From the NCBI GenBank assembly GCA_944380545.1, contig CALWHV010000013.1:18350-82349 (forward strand): a stretch of DNA of 64,000 bases. Reading direction: 5' to 3'. Shown one piece after another: positions 57,336-64,000 of this stretch. Position 1 is the first letter of the stretch. Each line of letters starts with the position of its first letter. The DNA is from an uncultured Eubacterium sp. (GTDB lineage: Bacteria > Bacillota > Clostridia > Oscillospirales > Acutalibacteraceae). Both the position numbers and the translations under genes were made by a program. The notes under the pieces were generated by a model. The model saw nothing but the letters and a program-made list of their open reading frames with translations, ran no database searches and was not told the origin of the DNA.

Positions 57336-58691
57336 TTAATATATGCCCTGCGCGAGCATAGCCTCGGCAACCTTTTCAAAGCCGGCTATATTGGCGCCCG
57401 CCACAAGATTGTAGCCGAGGCCGTATTTTTCCGCCGCGGCAACCGAATGGGCGTGGATATCTATCATCGCCTGGCGCAGCTTTCTGTCTACCTCCTCGGC
57501 GGACCAGGAAAGGCGCTGGCTGTTTTGGCTCATCTCAAGCCCGGAAACGCACACGCCGCCGGCGTTTACCGCCTTTGACGGGGCGACCGTTATATCCGGC
57601 TGCTCCATAAGAAAATCGAGCGCGTCCGCCGTTGTGGGCATATTTGAGACCTCTATGTAATAGCGCACCTTGTTTGCCGCCATTGCCTTTGCATCCTCAA
57701 GCTCCACCTCGTTTTGAGTGGCGCAGGGCATAACGATGTCTATATCGCTGCGCCTCCACGGACGCTCGTTCGGGATGAACTCTGCACACGGGAACCTGTC
57801 GCTGTAATCCTGAACGCGGTCTCTGCCGCTTGCGCGCATCTCAAGCAGGTAATCTATTTTTTCAGGAGTGCAGATGCCCTCTTTATCATAAACATAGCCG
57901 CCGGGGCCGCTGATGGTAACCGGCACGGCGCCGAGCTCAACAAGCTTTTTTATTGCGCCCCAAGCCACATTTCCGAAGCCGGAGACCGCCACGCGCTTGC
58001 CCTCAAGATGATCCTGGCAGTGGCGCAGCACCTCACACAGATAATAGACCGCACCGAAGCCCGTTGCCTCCGGACGCACGAGCGAGCCGCCGTAGGAGAT
58101 GCCCTTGCCTGTGATAACGCCGTTTTCAAACGCATCCGTTATGCGCTTATACTGGCCGAAGAGGAAGCCTATCTCCCTCTGCCCAACGCCGATGTCGCCG
58201 GCGGGCACATCAATATTCGGGCCGATATGGCGGTAAAGCTCCGTCATAAACGCCTGGCAGAAACGCATAACCTCGTTTTTGCTTTTGCCGCGCGGGTCAA
58301 AATCCGAGCCGCCCTTTGCGCCGCCCATAGGCAGACCTGTGAGGGAATTTTTAAAGGTTTGCTCAAATCCGAGGAAATACATTATGCTGGAATTGACGCT
58401 GGGGTGAAAGCGCAGCCCGCCCTTGTACGGGCCGATGGAGGAATTGAACTGAACGCGGTAGCCCCTGTTTACGCGGGTCTTTCCGGCGTCGTCCACCCAG
58501 GCAATCCTGAAGGTGATAAGCCTGTCCGGCTCAACCATACGGGTCAAAAGATCATCCTTAACATATTCGGGATGCGCCTCTATGACCCTTTCAAGCGAGC
58601 GGTAGACCTCCTTTACGCACTGGATGTACTCCGGCTTTGCATTGTCGCGCCGCTCAACGGTTTTTATTACGCTTTCTATATAAGCATTCAT
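57336..58691 (-). CDS. gdhA: NADP-specific glutamate dehydrogenase
   Basis: GPYKGGLRFHP, LPMGGAKGGSDF, DVPAGDIGVG, RPEATG.G, GFGNVA, KAVNAGGV. Confidence 0.96.
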   Translation of the reverse strand: MNAYIESVIKTVERRDNAKPEYIQCVKEVYRSLERVIEAHPEYVKDDLLTRMVEPDRLITFRIAWVDDAGKTRVNRGYRVQFNSSIGPYKGGLRFHPSVNSSIMYFLGFEQTFKNSLTGLPMGGAKGGSDFDPRGKSKNEVMRFCQAFMTELYRHIGPNIDVPAGDIGVGQREIGFLFGQYKRITDAFENGVITGKGISYGGSLVRPEATGFGAVYYLCEVLRHCQDHLEGKRVAVSGFGNVAWGAIKKLVELGAVPVTISGPGGYVYDKEGICTPEKIDYLLEMRASGRDRVQDYSDRFPCAEFIPNERPWRRSDIDIVMPCATQNEVELEDAKAMAANKVRYYIEVSNMPTTADALDFLMEQPDITVAPSKAVNAGGVCVSGLEMSQNSQRLSWSAEEVDRKLRQAMIDIHAHSVAAAEKYGLGYNLVAGANIAGFEKVAEAMLAQGIY

Positions 58692-58877
58692 AAAATGAAA
58701 TGCCCCCTTTCACAAATAATATTATAGATGAAAGGGAGCTTTTATTCTATGAGCATATTTTATAATTTTGAAGCCGTGTTTTTGTGCAAATGCACAAGCA
58801 AAAAGCGGTTATAATTCCGCTTAGAGTATAATATGACGAAAATCGAGCCGATTTTCCGTGAGCAGCGGTTCGCGGGG

Positions 58878-59510
58878 CTATTTAAGCTCCGAAAAGGCGC
58901 TCCAATCGATTTTCCTGCCCCTGAAATAGGTGCGCATATCCTCCTCGCCTATCTCTCTGTAAACGCGGCAGGGATTTCCGAGGGCAACTACATTTGCAGG
59001 AATATCCTTTGTTACGACGCTGCCCGCGCCGATAACGGAATTATCCCCTATTGAAACGCCCGGCATAATAAGCGCGCCGGCGCCTATCCAGCAGTTTTTG
59101 CCGATATGCACGGCGGCGTTGTACTGCACTCCGTGCTTTCTGAGCGGCGGAGCAATGGGGTGACCGGCGGTGGCTATGGTGACATTTGGCGCAAGCATAG
59201 TGCAGCTGCCGACATAAATATGCGTATCGTCAACAAGGGTAAGATTGAAATTCGCATACACATGATCCCCGAAATGAACATGGCGGCCGCCCCAGTTGGC
59301 GTGAAGCGGCGGCTCTATATAGCAGCCCTCGCCGAGCTCGGCAAACATATCGGAAAGCAGCTCCTCGCGCTTTTCAAGCTGCGACGGGCGCGTTGCGTTA
59401 AAATCATAAAGCTTTTCAAGGCACTGCGTTTGCAGGCGCATTATATCCTCGTCATCCGGCAGGTAGAGCGCGCCGGAGTGGAGCTTTTCTTCCATATCCA
59501 TAAGCGTCAA
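58878..59510 (-). CDS. Sugar O-acetyltransferase (Maa/LacA family)
   Basis: IEPP....WG, N.N.T..D, hexapeptide repeats WIGAG...PGV.IG..SVIGAGSVV.KDIP. Confidence 0.92.
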   Translation of the reverse strand: MTLMDMEEKLHSGALYLPDDEDIMRLQTQCLEKLYDFNATRPSQLEKREELLSDMFAELGEGCYIEPPLHANWGGRHVHFGDHVYANFNLTLVDDTHIYVGSCTMLAPNVTIATAGHPIAPPLRKHGVQYNAAVHIGKNCWIGAGALIMPGVSIGDNSVIGAGSVVTKDIPANVVALGNPCRVYREIGEEDMRTYFRGRKIDWSAFSELK

Positions 59511-60280
59511 TTTCCCTTTTCTATGCTGATTCTGTCAAACACCTCGAGCAGATCCTCTACGCGGGCGTTTTTCTTTTCCTCGCCAGAAATATCCATAACG
59601 GCGTTTCCCTCGTGCATCATAACAAGGCGCGAGCCGTACTGCACGGCAAAGCGCAGATTATGCGTTACCATCAGGGTGGTTATGCGGTGCTTTTTAACAA
59701 GGCGGTCCGTAAGCTCCATAACGGTTTCCGAGGATTTGGGGTCCAGCGCGGCGATATGCTCGTCAAGTATGAGCATATCAAGGTCCGTCATATTGGCGAT
59801 AACGAGCGCAAGCGCCTGGCGCTGGCCGCCGGAGAGCTTGCCCACCTGAACGCCGAGCCTGTTTTCAAGCCCCATATTGCACTGCTCGAGCAGGGCGCGG
59901 TAGTGATCAATGCGCTTTTTGCTGACGCACCTGCCGAGGCCGAAGGGCTTGTTTTTATTATCCGCAAGCGCCATATTTTCAAGTATGGTTAGGTCAGGGC
60001 AAGTGCCCGCCTTTGGGTCCTGAAACACCCTGCCAATCATTTTGGCGCGCTTGAATTCCGAAACGCCGGTTATATCACGCCCGTTGAAAACTATGCTGCC
60101 CGAATCGGGAGAGAGCGAGCCGCAGATGAGGTTTAAAAGCGTTGTTTTGCCGCTGCCGTTCGAGCCGATGACGGAAACGAATTCGCCGTCCTCAACCGTG
60201 AAATTAAAATCGCTGAACACCGTTGCCTCATCCGCCGTGCCGGTGTTGAAGCGCTTTGTTATGTTTTTAAGCTCAAGCAT
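59507..60280 (-). CDS. ABC transporter ATP-binding protein
   Basis: GSNGSGKTT, LSGGQRQ, ILDEHIAALDP, VTH; start ATG 60280. Confidence 0.95.
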   Translation of the reverse strand: MLELKNITKRFNTGTADEATVFSDFNFTVEDGEFVSVIGSNGSGKTTLLNLICGSLSPDSGSIVFNGRDITGVSEFKRAKMIGRVFQDPKAGTCPDLTILENMALADNKNKPFGLGRCVSKKRIDHYRALLEQCNMGLENRLGVQVGKLSGGQRQALALVIANMTDLDMLILDEHIAALDPKSSETVMELTDRLVKKHRITTLMVTHNLRFAVQYGSRLVMMHEGNAVMDISGEEKKNARVEDLLEVFDRISIEKGN

Positions 60281-61190
60281 GCTTCTCCCTCCTTTTAGAC
60301 CTTTTGCCCATTCTGCTGAAGAGGATGGCGGCAACGAACAGCACCGCCATAAGCATCCTGTTAAGATCGCTCGGAAGCCCTATCTCGACCGCTATCTGAA
60401 GGCAGGCGCGGTAGCAGACCGTGCCGAGGATCACCATTGTGGTTGCCTTCATAAAGCTGAGCTTTTTAAACAGCGAAAGCCCGATTATAACGCTTGACAG
60501 CCCGCAGACCACCATACCGACGCCCATCTGTGTGTTTGCCGTTTCGTTGCTTTGGGCTATCATTGCGCCGCTGACGGCGGCAAGCCCGTTTGCAAGCGCA
60601 AGACCGAGTATCTTTGACATTCCGGGATCGCGCGCAAGCATAACGACATACTGCTGATTAGAGCCCGTGGCGCGCAGGAGCATACCTGATTTTGTTTTGA
60701 GATAAAGGTCTATAAGCACCTTTAAGATAACAACGAAAATGAACAGCACGATAAGCTTTCTTACCGTTACGCCGCCGACCGCCTGCGGCAGAAGCTGCGC
60801 CGCGCCGCTGTTGAACACCGTTTTTTTGCCGAACACGGAAACTATCGACTGCCCGCTTGTGCCGAGCTTAATCAGCACCAGATTGACGGACAGCAGCAAG
60901 GTATACACCAATATTCCGCTCAAAAGCGGCTGGAGCTTAAGCTTTACATGCAGTATTCCCGTTAGGCAGCCGGCGAGCGCGCCGCAAAGAAACGCCGACA
61001 GCAGGCTGAGCCACGGATCTATGCCCGCCGCTATCATAATGCACGAGGTTATTCCGCCGAGAGGCATAGTGCCGTCCACCGAAAGATCGGGAAAATCAAG
61101 AATACTGTAGCTGAGATAGACTCCGAGCGCAAGAATGGCGTACTTGAAGCCCTCCTCCAGCACCACTTTTATTATGTTTACAGCCTCCAT
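60273..61190 (-). CDS. ABC transporter permease (putative aromatic amino acid, TrpY-like)
   Basis: FPDLSVDG..PLGG, LRATGSN, G.GM.V.GL.SVIIG; multiple TM segments. Confidence 0.9.
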   Translation of the reverse strand: MEAVNIIKVVLEEGFKYAILALGVYLSYSILDFPDLSVDGTMPLGGITSCIMIAAGIDPWLSLLSAFLCGALAGCLTGILHVKLKLQPLLSGILVYTLLLSVNLVLIKLGTSGQSIVSVFGKKTVFNSGAAQLLPQAVGGVTVRKLIVLFIFVVILKVLIDLYLKTKSGMLLRATGSNQQYVVMLARDPGMSKILGLALANGLAAVSGAMIAQSNETANTQMGVGMVVCGLSSVIIGLSLFKKLSFMKATTMVILGTVCYRACLQIAVEIGLPSDLNRMLMAVLFVAAILFSRMGKRSKRREKHA

Positions 61191-61222
61191 AAGACCACTC
61201 CGATTAAAATTTTTACTGAAAG

Positions 61223-61251
61223 ATTATAGCAAATAGAGCAAAGATAATCAA
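61223..61251 (-). promoter_or_regulatory. Sigma-A promoter of ABC permease/ATPase
   Basis: TTGATT-17 bp-TATAAT with TG extension. Confidence 0.65.
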
Positions 61252-61269
61252 TAGCGCCGTCATAAAAGA

Positions 61270-61298
61270 TTGACTTTGCCGGTTTTCTATTATATAGT
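61270..61298 (+). promoter_or_regulatory. Sigma-A promoter of GT8 gene (divergent)
   Basis: TTGACT-17 bp-TATAGT. Confidence 0.7.
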
Positions 61299-61361
61299 TA
61301 TATAGTATAAAAAAGAAACGCGGATGAAAACCGCTTTAGGTCTGTATAACGGAGGATAACG

Positions 61362-63239
61362 ATGAGCGAAAAGAACAATGCTGTTAACATATGTATGATA
61401 ACGGACGACAACTATATAATGCCGACATCCGTTGCCATATGCTCTATGACGGCAAACAAGGGGCCGGAGGATTATGTGTTTTACATCATAACCTCCAACC
61501 TTTCCGAGGAATCGGAGAAAAAATTCAAATCGTTTGAGAGGGACGGCGTTACGGTGAACATCGTGCGCGAGGACGCGGAGAAGCGCTTTAACGGGCTTCA
61601 CAGCTTCAGGAAGGATTCCATTTGCGTAGCCTCGCTTTCCGCGCTGCTTAAATTCATAATAGCCGACCTTTTTCCGCAGCTTGACAGGATACTGTATCTT
61701 GACGGCGACCTTATTGTTGAGGACGACTTACTGGAGCTTTACAACACGCCGCTGGGCGACAATTACGCCGCCGCCGTGCTTGACATCAGCAAGCTTTACT
61801 GGAAGAGCGATTTTAATTCCTGCGTTGAGAACTACTTTAACAGCGGCGTTATGCTGCTCAATCTTAAGAAAATGCGCGAGGACAGGCTCAGTGAGGTGCT
61901 GATAGAAACGAAGCGCAATCTTGCAGATTCATCGCTGATGGACCAAAATGTGTTTAACATAGTGTTTGACAAAAAGGCTGTTATGCTGCCGCTGATATAT
62001 AATTTTCAGTCGCTCGGCCTTGACCGCGCGGGCAGCAAATGGGGCATAGACGATGTGAACGCATTTTTCGGCACAAAATACAAAAGCAAGGCGCAGCTTT
62101 TTGACGACGCAAGAATAATCCACTACGCCTCCAAAAACAAGCCGTGGAAGGAGCCGGACGCCGCGCACGCATACAGATGGAACCACTACCGCACGGCGCT
62201 TTTCGGCAGCGAAGAAAAGCAAACGGAAAAATACGCGGTATCCGTTTTGATAGAGGGCTGCGACGGCGCGGATGAAACGATAAGGAGCATACGCGAGGGC
62301 GCAAAGGAAAAAGCCGAAATAATACTGATTTCCGACGAGAACGCCGCAAAAGACGCTCCCGACGCGGACAAAGTTATAAGCGGCGGCAAAAATGCGCTGA
62401 CAGAGGCGATAAGCAAAGCCGCGGGCAGGTATGTGTGCGTTTTGAACGCGGGCGACAGGATGCTGCCGGGCGCGATAGACAGGCTCTGTTCCGTCTGCCT
62501 TGAAAACTCGCTTGACGCTGCGATATTCGAAGCCGACCGCGACATTGAAAAGCAAAGGACGGAGCCCTACACGCAGATCTACGCGGGCGAACAGCTTTTT
62601 GCGCTTATGCAGATAAAAAACGAGCTGCCGCGCAGGAGATGCGAATTTTTTGCAAAACGCGCGTTTTTGATTAGGATGGGCGTTGCCGAGCCCGTCGGGC
62701 AGGCTGATAACGAGCGGCTGTTCATATATAAGCTGCTTACGCGCGCCGAAAGAGTGACCGTGCTTACTGGCGCGATGTGCGACGCCGCCGAAAGGAATGA
62801 GAGCGCGTCTCACGCACAGGCGGAGATACGGCAGGCGCTGGGCGTGCTTATGAATGAATATGTGCTTTACGGCGAGCGCAGCGATTTTGCAAGCGCCGTT
62901 TTCAACCACGCCGCGCTGCTTTGCAGGGAGTACTGCGACGCCGCGAAAACCGACGCGGATGCAGCCGACAAGGACACGCTGCTGCTCTGCTCCTTCACCG
63001 CCGCTGCAGCCGAGCGCGACGCGCTTTGCCGCTACACCACAAAGCAGTACCGCGAGCTTGATTTCAGGCTCAACAAGGCTTACAGGGAAAAATCCGAGAT
63101 AAACGAAAAGCTTCAGCGCACATACGCCGAAAAATCCGAAAAAACGGCTGAAATAAACCGGCTGAAAAAGGAAAATCAAAGGCTCAGGCGCTATTCCGCC
63201 TATCCGATTTTAAGGCGCATAAAAAGGCTGTTTAAATAA
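61362..63239 (+). CDS. Glycosyltransferase family 8 protein with degenerate GT2-like domain and coiled-coil tail
   Basis: YLDGDL (DxD), YFNSGVMLLNL, DQ, HYAS..KPW. Confidence 0.9.
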   Translation: MSEKNNAVNICMITDDNYIMPTSVAICSMTANKGPEDYVFYIITSNLSEESEKKFKSFERDGVTVNIVREDAEKRFNGLHSFRKDSICVASLSALLKFIIADLFPQLDRILYLDGDLIVEDDLLELYNTPLGDNYAAAVLDISKLYWKSDFNSCVENYFNSGVMLLNLKKMREDRLSEVLIETKRNLADSSLMDQNVFNIVFDKKAVMLPLIYNFQSLGLDRAGSKWGIDDVNAFFGTKYKSKAQLFDDARIIHYASKNKPWKEPDAAHAYRWNHYRTALFGSEEKQTEKYAVSVLIEGCDGADETIRSIREGAKEKAEIILISDENAAKDAPDADKVISGGKNALTEAISKAAGRYVCVLNAGDRMLPGAIDRLCSVCLENSLDAAIFEADRDIEKQRTEPYTQIYAGEQLFALMQIKNELPRRRCEFFAKRAFLIRMGVAEPVGQADNERLFIYKLLTRAERVTVLTGAMCDAAERNESASHAQAEIRQALGVLMNEYVLYGERSDFASAVFNHAALLCREYCDAAKTDADAADKDTLLLCSFTAAAAERDALCRYTTKQYRELDFRLNKAYREKSEINEKLQRTYAEKSEKTAEINRLKKENQRLRRYSAYPILRRIKRLFK

Positions 63240-63249
63240 TAAAGGGCGC

Positions 63250-63294
63250 AAAAAAACCGCCGTGCATCTCAAAATGCGCAGCGGTTTTATTTTT
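63250..63294. terminator. Probable bidirectional terminator between convergent genes
   Basis: AAAAAACCGC...GCGGTTTTATTTT. Confidence 0.6.
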
Positions 63295-63299
63295 ATGCC

Positions 63300-64000
63300 T
63301 TATTCAGCCGAGGTAGTGACCTTTTGAACATCGGAGAGCGAATCGGGCACGGCGATGCCGAGAGAAGAGGCGGCGTCCGTATTGAGCACCTTAAAGCTCT
63401 GCTGCACCGTTACAACGGGGTATGAAGCCGCGGGGCTGCCGCCGAGGATATCAAGAGCTATCTTTCCGGTCTGCTCGCCGAGCGCAACATAATCTATTGA
63501 AGCGGCGGCAAGGCAGCCCTTTTTGACCTGCTCTATCTCCGAGCCGTATACGGGTATGCCGGCGCTGTTTGCCTGTTCAAGCACTATGCCCATATTTTCT
63601 ACAACATTATTATCGGTAAGGTTTGTAAGCGCGTCGACCTGCGTAACTATCGAGGCGGCGGCTGAGGTCAGCTCTGAAGCGTCCGTGATTCCGCGCTCAA
63701 CAACATTTATGCCGAGCGGAGCGCACTGCTCCTTGAGCCTTTCGAGCTGGCTGAGCGAATTTGACTCGCTTGTGGTATATATAACGCCGAGATTCTTGAT
63801 TTCCGGCTGAAGCTGCGTGATAAGCTGCACCTGACCGGCGATATCAAACGAATCGGCAGTGCCCGTGCAGTTGTTGCCCGGCGCATCCATAGACTGAACA
63901 AGGCCGGCGGCAACGGGATCCGAAACGGCGCAGAAAACCACGGGGATGCCCGTTCCCGCGCTCTGCACCGCAGAATACGCGGCGATTGCGGCGGGCGTGG
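63300..64000 (-). CDS. ABC transporter substrate-binding protein (ABC_sub_bind, TrpX-like), 5' end outside window
   Basis: PVVFCAVSDPV.AGLV, N.TG..D, G.IY..SE.NS, TDN.V, IDY..LG.QTG. Confidence 0.9.
   Translation of the reverse strand, partial: TPAAIAAYSAVQSAGTGIPVVFCAVSDPVAAGLVQSMDAPGNNCTGTADSFDIAGQVQLITQLQPEIKNLGVIYTTSESNSLSQLERLKEQCAPLGINVVERGITDASELTSAAASIVTQVDALTNLTDNNVVENMGIVLEQANSAGIPVYGSEIEQVKKGCLAAASIDYVALGEQTGKIALDILGGSPAASYPVVTVQQSFKVLNTDAASSLGIAVPDSLSDVQKVTTSAE

Noticed and set aside
61929-63179. 416-aa antisense ORF and similar long shadows (10618-11466, 24023-24988, 26697-27536, 52972-53931, 57714-58727)
   Set aside because: All lie wholly opposite well-supported genes, have no recognisable motifs, and are expected from GC-rich codon usage that depletes antisense stops.

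Overview
Core-genome segment of a moderately GC-rich clostridial (probably Oscillospirales-type; inferred from gene order) chromosome. Most genes are on the minus strand. Housekeeping blocks: yhbY-nadD-yqeK-rsfS-leuS; trmH-dprA-topA-trmFO-plsX-rnc-radical SAM-smc-ftsY-rdgB; infC-rpmI-rplT; pyk-mltG-thyA-folA; ymfF-ymfH-lgt-folD-uppP-glyA; rimP-nusA-rnpM-L7Ae-infB-rbfA-nrnA-truB-ribF. A GH38 alpha-mannosidase missed by the ORF track runs off the left edge. Two regions stand out. (1) A self-contained five-gene operon (25.3-30.2 kb) encodes two tandem-SCP2-like proteins, a class III aminotransferase and a split transketolase. The transketolase appears to have lost the acceptor 2-hydroxyl-binding Asp and one phosphate-binding Arg, which suggests amino-diol/lipid chemistry (inference). 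(2) In a tRNA-Thr/tRNA-Val locus, two 263-bp, ~96% identical structured units are each bounded by 21-bp copies of the 5' end of tRNA-Val(GAC), with no integrase nearby. No CRISPR array, transposase or prophage gene is evident. All calls come from manual motif recognition; no database searches were run.
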